Shown in pieces: positions 1 through 9,574 of a stretch of 64,000 nt of DNA. The translations under genes were made by a program, and so were the position numbers. How positions within the stretch are numbered: the stretch's first letter is position 1; the number at the start of each line of letters is the position of its first letter. The stretch spans positions 299,212 to 363,211 of the forward strand of contig JAQWRY010000088.1 in NCBI GenBank assembly GCA_029243485.1, given 5' to 3'. Under the pieces are notes generated by a model. That model saw only the letters and a list, made by a program, of their open reading frames with translations, was not told where the DNA came from and ran no database searches. This DNA is from Candidatus Binatia bacterium. Its GTDB lineage: Bacteria; Desulfobacterota; Binatia; UBA12015.

Positions 1-189
1 ATGCAGGACGCGGGGATCGGGGTGTTCAGGACGAGGCTCCCGAGCACCACCAGGCCGCAGAAGCTCGTCACTGGATTGGTCAGCCGCAATGTCGTGCCGA
101 AGTGATAGAATCGGCCAGAGCACGAGCAGTGAGGAGAAGGCGAGTGCCGTGTCGCGCTCGGGTTCGAAGTTGACGAGCCCGTAACGCAT
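1..189 (-). CDS. Hypothetical protein, N-terminal fragment that continues past the window start
   Basis: The reverse strand reads MRYGLVNFEPERDTALAFSSLLVLWPILSLRHD... from an ATG at 187-189, 7 nt downstream of the ClC stop. The ORF is open to the window edge and has no recognisable motif. Confidence 0.3.
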   Translation of the reverse strand, partial: MRYGLVNFEPERDTALAFSSLLVLWPILSLRHDIAADQSSDELLRPGGAREPRPEHPDPRVLH

Positions 190-195
190 TCGCGG

Positions 196-1545
196 CTATT
201 TCTTTGCCGGCTGCATCCCGGCGAGGAAACTCTCCGCGAGCGACTCGTACAGCGATGTCCGACAGATCAGGTGAGACATTTCGTACGCGAGCAGCGCGGC
301 GAGCGCGAGGGGCAGGGCCATGTAGTGCGCACTGGTCATTTCAATCAGGATCACGAAGGCCGTGATCGGGCTCTGCACTACCCCGCTGAAGTAGGAGACC
401 ATCCACAGAAGGACGAGTGCCTGGGGGTCGATGTTCGGGAACAGCGGTTGCGTGATCTGTCCGAGCGCGGCGCCTGTCGTGAGGCTCGGATCGAAGAGTC
501 CGCCTGGGATGCCCGAGAGCAGCGTGATGAAGTTGCCTGCCGCGACGACCGGCGCGAGGTAGATCGGGTAGGACTCTCCGTGGATCAGGATGCCCTCGGC
601 GGCCGGGTATCCGCTCCCGTAGCTCAGCCCGCCGGAGACCAGCCCGATCACGCCGAGTCCGACGCCCAGCCCGAGGGCGACCAGGTGTGGGTGCTTCGCG
701 CGCAACGGTGAGAGGAGGCGGTTCACGGAGACGACGCCCTGCGCGAAAGTGCCGCCGAGCAGTCCGCCGACGATCCCGATCACGGGCACGAGGAGCCATT
801 CCTCGAGCGTCGCGAGGCCGACGTCGATCCGGCCGTAGAAGTAGTAGTCGCCGAGGAAGATCAGGTTCACGATGCACGCGACCACCGCCGTACGAACGAT
901 CGTGCCGGCGTTGTCCTTCTCGAAGGATCGTCCGATTTCCTCGAAAGCGAACACCGCCCCGGCGATCGGCGTGTTGAAGGCGGCAGCGATCCCCGCGGCG
1001 CCGCCGGCGAGGATGAGTCCGCGCTGGACGAGGTGATGCTGGAAGTTCGCGAAGCGCGTCGAGAGGTACATCAAGCACGCGGCGACGTGCACGGACGGGC
1101 CTTCGCGCCCGATCGTCGGACCGGCGAACAGCCCCATGACGAGGAGCAGCATCTTGCCGATCATGATCCGAACCGACAGGACCTTAGTGCGCTCCGGTCC
1201 GTCGGGGATCTTGAGCGCGGCGATGGTCTGCGGAATTCCGGTGCCGTCGGTCCCTGGGAAGACGCGGTCGCGCAGTGCGCAGATGATGACGAGCGAGATA
1301 CTGACGACGCCTGCAGGGAGGAAGGGCGAGATGCCCGTCATCCACGCACGGCTCTCCTGGCTCAGTTGCTCGGTGTAGTTGAAGAGGTAGGCACCGAGCC
1401 CACTCGCCGCGGCCGCGGCCACCCACACCGCATGCCGTCGCATCGCGGCGACGGAAAATAGGTTCTGTCGCCAGCCTGCCCACCCCGGTTGCAGCCCGCG
1501 GGCTGCAACGGTGTCGTCCGTCCCCGTCTCCTCGTCTCCGGCCAT
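196..1545 (-). CDS. ClC-family voltage-gated chloride channel (ClcA/EriC-like)
   Basis: The ORF is 449 aa and polytopic. It carries the ClC signature motifs GTGIP, GREGP and GIPGGLFDPS. The true start may be an internal Met, since the N-terminal 35 aa are not hydrophobic. Confidence 0.85.
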   Translation of the reverse strand: MAGDEETGTDDTVAARGLQPGWAGWRQNLFSVAAMRRHAVWVAAAAASGLGAYLFNYTEQLSQESRAWMTGISPFLPAGVVSISLVIICALRDRVFPGTDGTGIPQTIAALKIPDGPERTKVLSVRIMIGKMLLLVMGLFAGPTIGREGPSVHVAACLMYLSTRFANFQHHLVQRGLILAGGAAGIAAAFNTPIAGAVFAFEEIGRSFEKDNAGTIVRTAVVACIVNLIFLGDYYFYGRIDVGLATLEEWLLVPVIGIVGGLLGGTFAQGVVSVNRLLSPLRAKHPHLVALGLGVGLGVIGLVSGGLSYGSGYPAAEGILIHGESYPIYLAPVVAAGNFITLLSGIPGGLFDPSLTTGAALGQITQPLFPNIDPQALVLLWMVSYFSGVVQSPITAFVILIEMTSAHYMALPLALAALLAYEMSHLICRTSLYESLAESFLAGMQPAKK

Positions 1546-1552
1546 GGCGCGT

Positions 1553-3196
1553 CTATCCGTCGCGGTACTTACGGAACAGGCGGATCAGCTCGTTGGTCGA
1601 CCCGTCGTGGCCCAGTTCGGGATCGGCTTCCGACTGCAGCTCGGGAATGATGCGGTTGGCCAGGACCTTGCCGAGCTCGACGCCCCATTGGTCGAAAGAG
1701 TTGATGCGCCAGATCCAGCCCTGCGTGAAGATCTTGTGCTCGTAGAGCGCGATGATCTGTCCGAGGATGTGCGGGGTGAGCTCGTTCTTCACGAGGATCG
1801 TCGTCGTGGGGTGGTTTCCGCGGAAAGTGCGGTGCGGGACGGTGGCTTCGTCGACGCCTTCGCTCCGGACCTCTTCGGCGGTCTTGCCGAACGCGAGCGC
1901 TTCGGTCTGGGCCAGGCAGTTCGCCATCAGGAACTCGTGGTGCTCGCCCAGATCGTTCGACGGCTTCGCGAAGCCGATGAAGTCGCACGGTATGAGCTTC
2001 GTGCCCTGATGGATGAGCTGGTAGTAGGCGTGTTGGCCGTTCGTGCCGGGTTGCCCCCACACGATCGGGCCGGTCTGATAGTCGTCGATGGGGGCGCCGT
2101 CTCGATCCACCGACTTGCCGTTGCTCTCCATGTCGAGCTGCTGGAGGTACGACGTCAGGCGCCAGAGGTACTGGTTGTACGGCAGGATCGACTGGGTCTG
2201 GGCACCGAAGAAGTCGTTGTACCAAAGCCCGATGAGCGCGAGGGTCACCGGGAGGTTCTCTTCGAGCGGCGCGGTCCGGAAATGCTCGTCCATTGCGTGA
2301 AAGCCGTCGAGCATTTCGCGGAACCCACGCGGGCCGATCGCGATCATGAGCGAAAGGCCGATCGCGGAGTCGTACGAGTAGCGACCACCGACCCAGTCCC
2401 ACATCTCGAACATGTTGGCCGTGTCGATGCCGAACTTAGAAACCTCCTCGGCGTTGGTCGACACCGCGACGAAGTGCTTTGCGACGGCGCTCTCGTCTCC
2501 GAGCGCGTCGAGTGCCCACTTCCGCGCGGTGTGCGCGTTGGCGAGGGTCTCGAGGGTCGTGAACGTCTTGGAGCAGATGATGAAGAGCGTCTCGGCGGGA
2601 TCGAGCCCCTGGACGGCCTCGGCAAACGCCGTTGCGTCGACGTTCGAGACGTACTGAAACGTCATCGAGCGCTCGCTGAACTTCTTCAGGGCCTCGTAGG
2701 CCATCGCCGGACCGAGATCCGAGCCGCCGATCCCGACGTTGACGACGTTCTTGATGCGCTTGCCGGTGTGGCCCTTCCACGCGCCGCTCCGGACGCGATC
2801 TGAGAAGTCGGCCATCTTGTCGAGGACGGCGTGCACCGTCGGGACGACGTTTTCGCCGTCGACCTCGATCACGGCATCGCGCGGGGCCCGCAGGGCGACG
2901 TGCAGGACCGCCCGATCCTCGGTGATGTTGATCTTCTCGCCCGCGAACATCGCGGAGATCCCCGTGGAGAGCCCGGCCCGTTGGGCGAGGCCCCGCAGGA
3001 GTCCGAGCGTCTCGTCGGTCAACCGGTTCTTCGAGAAGTCGGTGTAAAGGTCGAGGACGTCGAGGGAGAGACGCTTGCCCCGGTCCGGATCCTCGGCAAA
3101 CAGGTCGCGCAGATGGCGCCCCTCGATCTCGTTCTGATGTCTCTCCAGCGCCTTCCACTCATCCCAGCTGGTCGGCTTTCCGCCCATGTTACCCAC
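1553..3196 (-). CDS. pgi: Glucose-6-phosphate isomerase
   Basis: The ORF is 547 aa with full-length similarity to PGI. It contains the conserved blocks ...[12 protein letters not shown]... and ...[21 protein letters not shown]... along with the sugar-isomerase signature. Confidence 0.95.
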   Translation of the reverse strand: MGNMGGKPTSWDEWKALERHQNEIEGRHLRDLFAEDPDRGKRLSLDVLDLYTDFSKNRLTDETLGLLRGLAQRAGLSTGISAMFAGEKINITEDRAVLHVALRAPRDAVIEVDGENVVPTVHAVLDKMADFSDRVRSGAWKGHTGKRIKNVVNVGIGGSDLGPAMAYEALKKFSERSMTFQYVSNVDATAFAEAVQGLDPAETLFIICSKTFTTLETLANAHTARKWALDALGDESAVAKHFVAVSTNAEEVSKFGIDTANMFEMWDWVGGRYSYDSAIGLSLMIAIGPRGFREMLDGFHAMDEHFRTAPLEENLPVTLALIGLWYNDFFGAQTQSILPYNQYLWRLTSYLQQLDMESNGKSVDRDGAPIDDYQTGPIVWGQPGTNGQHAYYQLIHQGTKLIPCDFIGFAKPSNDLGEHHEFLMANCLAQTEALAFGKTAEEVRSEGVDEATVPHRTFRGNHPTTTILVKNELTPHILGQIIALYEHKIFTQGWIWRINSFDQWGVELGKVLANRIIPELQSEADPELGHDGSTNELIRLFRKYRDG

Positions 3197-3287
3197 TTAG
3201 AGCCCCCTATCCCTTTGCCCGATGGCACGGTGCCGTCTTGGGCGAGATGTTGCAACGGCCCCCGGTTTTCCTGTTGAACTCGGCCGC

Positions 3288-4805
3288 ATGCGTGAGCGTG
3301 CGGCGCAGGCGGTCCTGCTGGCTCGCTCGTTCGAGGAGGCGGACCCAGAAGGGGTTCTCCTCTCGAGCGAGGATCGAGGGTCTGCGACCGAGGCGGGACG
3401 CGCCGCCGGCGGCACGCCGGATCTCCAGGCGGAGCGTCGAGCGGGTGCACTGCTCGTCGGTCTGAGCGAGCAGGTACGGGCGCTAGCCCGGGTGCGTTCG
3501 TGGACGCGGGTCTCTCTGGGCCTCGTCGCCCCGGTCGTCTTGGTCTCGTTCCTGGTGGGGCTCTCGACCAACGCCCTGGGGCCCACGCGACACATCAACC
3601 TGCTAGCATTTCCGCTTCTCGCGCTCGTGGTCTGGAACGTCTCGGTCTACGGCTTCGTGCTCGTCTCGGGTCTCGTGACTGTTTTGCGTCGCCCGGCGCG
3701 ACGGGCGGACGGGCCGACCGCCGACGGCGCCGCCGCGGCTGACCGCGGGACCGGGTTCCTCGCGTCTGTCGCCTGGTGGGTCGGGGAGTGGACCCTCGAG
3801 AGAGTGCGCACTCCGGATCCGCGCGAGGCTGATGTCGTCTCGCGGGCGCTCGCCGCCTATTGGTCGGAGTGGGCGCACGCGAGTTTGCTCCTGGGTTTCG
3901 CTCGGCTGCGCGCGTTCCTTCATCTCGGTGCGGCCGCGCTCGCGGTCGGGGTCGTTGCGGGGATGTACATCCGTGGGCTCGGGCTCGAGTACCGCGCCAC
4001 CTGGGAGAGCACGTTCCTTTCCTCGGACGCCGTCGCCGCGATCCTCCACCTCGTCCTCGGACCCGCGGCGGTCCTTCTCGGAGAGACGTTGCCCGATGCG
4101 GCCGGTCTCGCGTCGATGGTCGCCCCGGAAGGTTCGACGCCCGCAGCTCCGTGGATTCACATGTGGGGGCTCACGACAGCCGGCGTGGTCGTCGGCCCCC
4201 GTCTCCTGCTAGCGGCGACACAACTCGTGCGTTCGGCGTCTCTGGCACGTTCCGTTTCGGTCGATCCGCTCGCCGGCTCCTTTCGGGCGCTCCTGGTTTC
4301 CGAGCGTGGTGCGGACGTACGGATCGACGTACTGCCTTACAGCTACAACCCCGGTACCCGACAACTCGAAACGCTCCGCGAGCTGCTCCACGATCTCTTC
4401 GGCCTGGAGGCGCGCATCGACGTTCTCCCTCAGGTGGCCTACGGAACCGAACTCGACGCAGAGACGTTCGAGCCGCCGCCCACCTGTGTGGTCGTCGTTT
4501 ACGGCCTCGTGCAGTCGCCCGAGCGAGAAGTGCACGCCCGCTATCTCGAGCAATGGATGGAGAAGGGCGGAGAGCCGCAGGTCCTGGCGTTGCTCGACGG
4601 CTCGAGTTGGCGAGAACGCTTCGGCGAGGGTTCCGGCCAACGAGAGGCCGAGAGACTGCGCGCCTGGGGCCGCGTTATGCGTGAGATCGGGGTGACGGCT
4701 CTTCGGGTCGACCTCGGAAAACCACTCGCACAAGGCACGGTCGAACGTGCCGAAAGCAGCCTATGGCCCGACGCTAGCACCGCCCGCACAACCGGAGGCC
4801 GTTGA
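3288..4805 (+). CDS. Polytopic membrane protein, DUF2868-like (family name from memory), first gene of the GTPase/dynamin triad
   Basis: It has at least 6 predicted TM helices, for example VSLGLVAPVVLVSFLVGLSTNALG, INLLAFPLLALVVWNVSVYGFVLV and LLLGFARLRAFLHLGAAALAVGVVAG. It sits immediately upstream of a DUF3482-type GTPase, which is the conserved pairing for this family. The start is ambiguous between a GTG/ATG at 3222 and the ATG at 3288, and the gene is divergent from pgi. Confidence 0.6.
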   Translation: MRERAAQAVLLARSFEEADPEGVLLSSEDRGSATEAGRAAGGTPDLQAERRAGALLVGLSEQVRALARVRSWTRVSLGLVAPVVLVSFLVGLSTNALGPTRHINLLAFPLLALVVWNVSVYGFVLVSGLVTVLRRPARRADGPTADGAAAADRGTGFLASVAWWVGEWTLERVRTPDPREADVVSRALAAYWSEWAHASLLLGFARLRAFLHLGAAALAVGVVAGMYIRGLGLEYRATWESTFLSSDAVAAILHLVLGPAAVLLGETLPDAAGLASMVAPEGSTPAAPWIHMWGLTTAGVVVGPRLLLAATQLVRSASLARSVSVDPLAGSFRALLVSERGADVRIDVLPYSYNPGTRQLETLRELLHDLFGLEARIDVLPQVAYGTELDAETFEPPPTCVVVVYGLVQSPEREVHARYLEQWMEKGGEPQVLALLDGSSWRERFGEGSGQREAERLRAWGRVMREIGVTALRVDLGKPLAQGTVERAESSLWPDASTARTTGGR

Positions 4806-4808
4806 CCG

Positions 4809-6257
4809 ATGAATCTCGTCACCTTGAGCCTGATTTCTCACACCAACGTCGGCAAGACGACACTCGCGCGTACGCTCTTGCGCACCGATGTCGGGGAGGT
4901 TCTCGACCAGGCGCACGTGACCGAGGTGAGCGAGGCTTACGATCTCGTGAAGACCAAGGAAGCCTGCCTGCGCCTCTGGGATACGCCGGGCCTGGGCGAT
5001 TCTGCGCGATTGGTCGGTCGACTCCAGAAGGAGGGGAACCCGCTCGGCTGGTTCCTCCATCAAGTCTGGGATCGGTATCGGGACCGCTCTCTGTTCTGCA
5101 GTCAGCAAGCCGTCCGCAACATCCAACGCGAGGCCGACGTCGTCCTCTACCTCGTGAACACTTCGGAGGAGCCGGAGGAGGCCGGCTACGTGCCGCACGA
5201 GATGGAGCTCCTCGGTTGGATCGGGAAGCCGGTGCTCGTACTGCTGAACCAGACGGGCATCGCAGGGTCCGAGCGCGATGAGGCGGCCTTCCAGCAGTGG
5301 ACGGCCGCGGTGAAGCCCTGGCCGATCGTGCGCGACGTACTTCCGCTCGACGCGTTCACGCGCTGTTGGGTGCAGGAGGGCGTGTTGCTCGAGCGCGTTG
5401 CGGGGATCATCGACGGAGAGCCGCACGAGACCATGCAGGACCTCGCCAGCGCATGGGAGCGCGGGAACCTCTCCATCTTCGAGCGCGCATGCAGTCAGGT
5501 AGGACGGTACGTGCTGACGGCTGCGCTCGACCGCGAGACGCTCACGGGGCAGGGCCTGGGGCAAACGGAGAAGCGACGCGCGATGCGCGTCCTCGCGCAG
5601 CGGTTGGACGACACGACCCGCAGGTTGATGGACAGTCTCATCGCCGACCACGGTCTGGTCGGTCGCTATCAAACGGACGCGCGCGAGCGCCTCGAACAAG
5701 ACTTCGATTCGCCGGGCGAGAAGGCGTGGACGTCCGGGCGCGCCGGCGTTCTCGGCGCCGCGATGGGCGGTGCCGCGGGCGGTCTGGTTGCCGACGTCGC
5801 CGTGGCCGGATTGTCGTTTGGCGGCGGTGCGGTTGCCGGCGCCTTGCTCGGTGCCGCCGGTGCTATGGGGCTCCGCAGGGGGTTTCAGTTCGTAAGAGCC
5901 GAGCAGACGCCTGAGGTTCGGTGGGCGGCGGAGTTCCTCGACCAACTCCTGCGGCAGTCGCTTCTGCGGTATCTGGCGGTGGCCCATTTCGGTCGCGGCC
6001 GCGGGGAATGGCGCGAAACGGGCAATCCCGAGCGGTGGAACGCCCTTGTGGAAGCTGCGATTTCCGGCGCGGGCGATCAGTTCTCGGAGCTGACCACCCG
6101 GCTGCGGGGCGCCGGCGAGGAGCCCCCCGGTATGGAGGACCAGTTCTCCACTTACGTCCGGCATGTGCTCACAGAAGTGCTTTCCACAGCCTATCCGCAG
6201 GCTGCGCACATCCTGCGGACAACCCAATCCGCAGCGAATTCTGGGGAGAATTCCTGA
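4809..6257 (+). CDS. MMR_HSR1-type GTPase with a DUF3482-like C-terminal domain
   Basis: The P-loop is HTNVGKTTL and the G3 motif is WDTPGLGD. A C-terminal Gly/Ala-rich hydrophobic segment reads GVLGAAMGGAAGGLVADVAVAGLSFGGGAVAGALLGAAGAMG. Only 4 nt separate it from the upstream membrane-protein gene. Confidence 0.85.
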   Translation: MNLVTLSLISHTNVGKTTLARTLLRTDVGEVLDQAHVTEVSEAYDLVKTKEACLRLWDTPGLGDSARLVGRLQKEGNPLGWFLHQVWDRYRDRSLFCSQQAVRNIQREADVVLYLVNTSEEPEEAGYVPHEMELLGWIGKPVLVLLNQTGIAGSERDEAAFQQWTAAVKPWPIVRDVLPLDAFTRCWVQEGVLLERVAGIIDGEPHETMQDLASAWERGNLSIFERACSQVGRYVLTAALDRETLTGQGLGQTEKRRAMRVLAQRLDDTTRRLMDSLIADHGLVGRYQTDARERLEQDFDSPGEKAWTSGRAGVLGAAMGGAAGGLVADVAVAGLSFGGGAVAGALLGAAGAMGLRRGFQFVRAEQTPEVRWAAEFLDQLLRQSLLRYLAVAHFGRGRGEWRETGNPERWNALVEAAISGAGDQFSELTTRLRGAGEEPPGMEDQFSTYVRHVLTEVLSTAYPQAAHILRTTQSAANSGENS

Positions 6258-6300
6258 TCGGCACTTTCGGAGCGGCCTCCCGAATGGCAAAAATGCCTTT

Positions 6301-8463
6301 GTGAAGACGATTCTCAGTCAGTTCTGTGAGGACTTCGATGGTCGGGTCCGTCCCCTCCTCGAGCCGCTCGATGGATTCGCCGCCCAAATCGGTCGCCTGC
6401 CCGCCGATTCGCCCCTGAAGCAGCTCCTCCCCGAAGTCATCGATGTCCGCCACCAGCTGCGGACCCTGGTCGAGAAAGTCGCCGAGCAGCAGGCCTACGT
6501 CATCATCTTCGGACCCCTGAAGAGCGGGAAGTCGACCCTCATGAACGCGCTCGCCGCGGCCTACGTGAGTGAGGTGACGACTCTCCCGGCGTATCCCTGC
6601 ATGGTCTACGTCGCGAACGGGGATGACGAGCAGTTCACGGTCACGCGCTACGACGGGAGCGTCGACAAGTTCGGCGACCTCGCGTCGATGCGCTCCCTCA
6701 TGGAAACCGCGCACGGCGAACTCGCCGGCTCGATCCGCGAGGTTGAAGGGCACGGCGAGGATTTCGATCCCGCGAGCCACATGCCGCAGGCGCTTCGCCG
6801 AGTCGACGTGCGGATGCCGACCGAGCCGCTGGCCGAATCCGGCGCGGTTCTGGTCGACACGCCCGGGCTCTATAGCCGCATGAAGTTCGGTTACGACCTC
6901 ATGACCCGCGAGTTTCGGGACTCGGCGGCGAGTGCGATCTTCGTCGTGAAGACGGACAGCCTGTTCCTGGAGCAGGTATTCGATGAGTTCTCGGATCTCC
7001 TCCGCCTCTTCAGCCGGATCTTCCTGATCGTGAACCTCGACGGCACAAAGCAGGATCTGCAGCCCGATGGCGAGCTCGGCCCGAGTCTCGAGCGGCGTGA
7101 CCCGCAGCGCATCATCGACGCGTTCGAGAGCCTCTCGATGAATGTGGAGCTGAAGTCGGCGTGGGAAGAGGGCCGTCTGCGCATCTATCCGATCGATCTC
7201 CTGCAGGCCGCGAGTAGGCGTCTGCGTGGCGACGAACCTGATGAGGCGACGGAGGAGTCCGCTGCGGAAGAGCAGGCCGGGAATACGCTGGCCTCGTTCG
7301 GTGGCTTCACGGACGACCTCACGCACTATCTGAACAGCACTGAGTACATGACTGCGTTCCTCGGAGACAGTCTTCGCCAGGCGGAGTACCTCGTGCATGG
7401 GCTCGAGTCCGTGTGCGCCTCGGAACCGGTGCACGAGCTGTCTGAGGGGCTGGAAAAGTGGGACGCCGAACGCGATTGCGCACAGACGCTTCTCGCAGCG
7501 GTCCGCCGGTTGCAGGCGTTCCCGTGGGACGAGACATTGGCCCGCATGCGCGAGGACGTCGTTCGGATCACTCGCGAGCGGATTGGCGACTTGCGCCGCG
7601 ATACGGCCGAGGCGGCGGAAGGCGCTCTCGCACGTTGGTACGATGGTGACGCGAGCTACGCGAGCTTGATTCGCGAGGATCTCGAAGGTGTTCTGGCGAC
7701 CTGCCGCGACGCGATGGTGGAGACGGCAAGCGACGTCTCGGCGACCGTGCTCTCGAGCGACGTCGCCGGTGCGATGGTACGGAGCGAAACTAGTGACGAC
7801 CTGAATCTGGTCGGCCTCTCGGTGGCTGGAATCGCACGGGAGCTCGAAGGAACGGTGCGGTCCGCCGCCGAGGATCGTCAGGTGACGCCCGAGATCCCGA
7901 CGCGCGCGATTCCCGTCCGTCGGCGTCTGGTCGATTGGTTGTTGCTGCGCAGTCAGGCTTCGGTACGCCGTAGTGTGTTCGGCCCCGACGATGCGCCGTC
8001 CCGCCCGATTCCGCGAATCGTGAAGCAGCGGCGTCTCGGTGCCGGCCGCGTGGCACTTGGTGAGGCGATCCGTAGCCGAATCGATCGCCTCTTCGCCGAG
8101 ACGTTGCACCGCGTGGGCTCCGAGGTATACGGCGCGCATGTTGCCGCCGTTTGCCGCCAGGTCGAAGAGCGTCTCCAGACGCTCGAAAAGGAGAACGTGG
8201 CCCGGCTGGCGACGGCCGAGCAGCATCGCCAGGTGCTCGCTGCGTTGCGCTCGGACGTGGACGCCCTTGCGGGTACTCTGGGTGAAGCGAGTCAGGCGAT
8301 TGCGAGTCTCGCGGCCGCGTACGGTGAGCCCATTCCCGAGCGTGAAGCCGATCCGCTGGAGTTGGTGGAAGAGGTCGGCGTGCCCGAAGAGGCCACGCCG
8401 GATCTCCGGGCCGCGGCCGCGGCGGCTGGCGCCGGGCCCTCCGGCGATTCGAACGACAGCTGA
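6301..8463 (+). CDS. Bacterial dynamin-like protein (dynamin-family large GTPase)
   Basis: It has the dynamin-type G1 motif IIFGPLKSGKSTLMNAL and G3 motif VLVDTPGL, followed by a long helical stalk region, for ~720 aa in total. There is no in-frame ATG after the upstream stop, so the start is either the GTG at 6301 or the upstream ATG at 6163, which would overlap the preceding gene by 95 nt. Confidence 0.8.
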   Translation: MKTILSQFCEDFDGRVRPLLEPLDGFAAQIGRLPADSPLKQLLPEVIDVRHQLRTLVEKVAEQQAYVIIFGPLKSGKSTLMNALAAAYVSEVTTLPAYPCMVYVANGDDEQFTVTRYDGSVDKFGDLASMRSLMETAHGELAGSIREVEGHGEDFDPASHMPQALRRVDVRMPTEPLAESGAVLVDTPGLYSRMKFGYDLMTREFRDSAASAIFVVKTDSLFLEQVFDEFSDLLRLFSRIFLIVNLDGTKQDLQPDGELGPSLERRDPQRIIDAFESLSMNVELKSAWEEGRLRIYPIDLLQAASRRLRGDEPDEATEESAAEEQAGNTLASFGGFTDDLTHYLNSTEYMTAFLGDSLRQAEYLVHGLESVCASEPVHELSEGLEKWDAERDCAQTLLAAVRRLQAFPWDETLARMREDVVRITRERIGDLRRDTAEAAEGALARWYDGDASYASLIREDLEGVLATCRDAMVETASDVSATVLSSDVAGAMVRSETSDDLNLVGLSVAGIARELEGTVRSAAEDRQVTPEIPTRAIPVRRRLVDWLLLRSQASVRRSVFGPDDAPSRPIPRIVKQRRLGAGRVALGEAIRSRIDRLFAETLHRVGSEVYGAHVAAVCRQVEERLQTLEKENVARLATAEQHRQVLAALRSDVDALAGTLGEASQAIASLAAAYGEPIPEREADPLELVEEVGVPEEATPDLRAAAAAAGAGPSGDSNDS

Positions 8464-8583
8464 GCACGCGCGTTCGCGGCGTGGGGCCTCCGGGCCCCGC
8501 GGGCGGAGGGAGCATCCAGCGCGGCGGCGTCCGCGTCCCGGTACGCCGCCGAGGCACCGAACAACTTCCAGTGAAAGGATCTC

Positions 8584-8820
8584 GTGGCGGCCTTCCTGAC
8601 AGGGATTCCCGGCGTGAACGAGGACGTCGACACCTCGCTTCGCGCGATGATGGGCGCGGTCTGCCACACGGGGCTCGGGATCTGCGAAGCCGGCGACGCC
8701 CCATCGGGGGACGAGGAGTTCACGGATGGGGCGTTCATCGAGGCCGGGATGTTCCCCGACGTGTTTCCCTATCTGAACACGCCGCCTCCCGGCCCCCCGA
8801 ACGGCGAAGGCCAGACCTGA
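8584..8820 (+). CDS. Small acidic hypothetical protein (78 aa)
   Basis: A GTG start is preceded by AAAGGA 7 nt upstream. Third-position GC is very high, as in the surrounding genes. It lies immediately downstream of the dynamin-like gene, and no family is recognised. Confidence 0.4.
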   Translation: MAAFLTGIPGVNEDVDTSLRAMMGAVCHTGLGICEAGDAPSGDEEFTDGAFIEAGMFPDVFPYLNTPPPGPPNGEGQT

Positions 8821-9202
8821 GTCGTGGGATCAACCGATGTCGATTCCGCGCGGAGGATTCCTTTGACTCATTCCGTCTCGATCCGCGCTACTGGCGCGGA
8901 TATGACGACGCCTACGCCGAGGTCGCCGCCGTCTCCGGTGCCCGCCGCGACCGCCGACGGCAGCGCCGGTGTTCCCGCGATGCCCGCGGGCTCTTCACCT
9001 ACCTGCAGTCGCGCGCCTACCAGAGCTTTGCCGCCGAGTCGGGCGTACACCCCACGAACGCACCGCACATGACGTCGGTGCGGACGTTCCTGAATCCGTC
9101 GCTCGAGGCGTCGCTCGCAAGTGACGCCTCGTCCCATCCCGTCGCAGCGGCGGCGGTAAAGGAACTCTACGGCGCGGATGGAATGCTCTGGGGAGTGTCG
9201 GT

Positions 9203-9574
9203 ATGGTGTGGCGCGTATGCGATTCTGAGAACTGCGACTTCTTCCCTCTTTCGGACTGCGGCTGGAAGGCCCTGGGCAATCCCCCCGGCAGCAGGGGCCA
9301 CAAGTGCCGTGGGAGCCACGAAGGCTACGAAAGTTGTAAAGTGCTTCTCAAGGAGAACGTCATCAAGGCCACATGCAAGGACTCGACCGTGCTCAATTTT
9401 GGGTCTCCAGCGTCTACGTACGGCGCTGCGTGGGCGATTGTTTGGGTTGGTCAGTCTTACTGCGCTCGGGTGAACGCAGCGACGAACCCCATCCGCGTGA
9501 AAGACGAGCCGGGCTATTGGAAGGCGGTCCATGCCGAAGTCACGGAGGCTTGTCCGCCGATGAATCCGAACTAG
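9203..9574 (+). CDS. Cysteine-rich hypothetical protein (123 aa)
   Basis: The product has 8 Cys (CDSENCDFFPLSDC...CRGSHEGYESC...C...C...C). The gene sits in a locally lower-GC stretch while keeping elevated third-position GC in this frame. It may be the C-terminal part of a longer frameshifted gene; see the findings. Confidence 0.4.
   Translation: MVWRVCDSENCDFFPLSDCGWKALGNPPGSRGHKCRGSHEGYESCKVLLKENVIKATCKDSTVLNFGSPASTYGAAWAIVWVGQSYCARVNAATNPIRVKDEPGYWKAVHAEVTEACPPMNPN

Noticed and set aside
6169-8667. 832-aa ORF antisense to the dynamin-like gene
   Set aside because: It is Arg/Pro/Gly-rich low-complexity translation with no motifs. Long antisense ORFs are expected in a high-GC sequence, and the sense strand has clear GTPase motifs.
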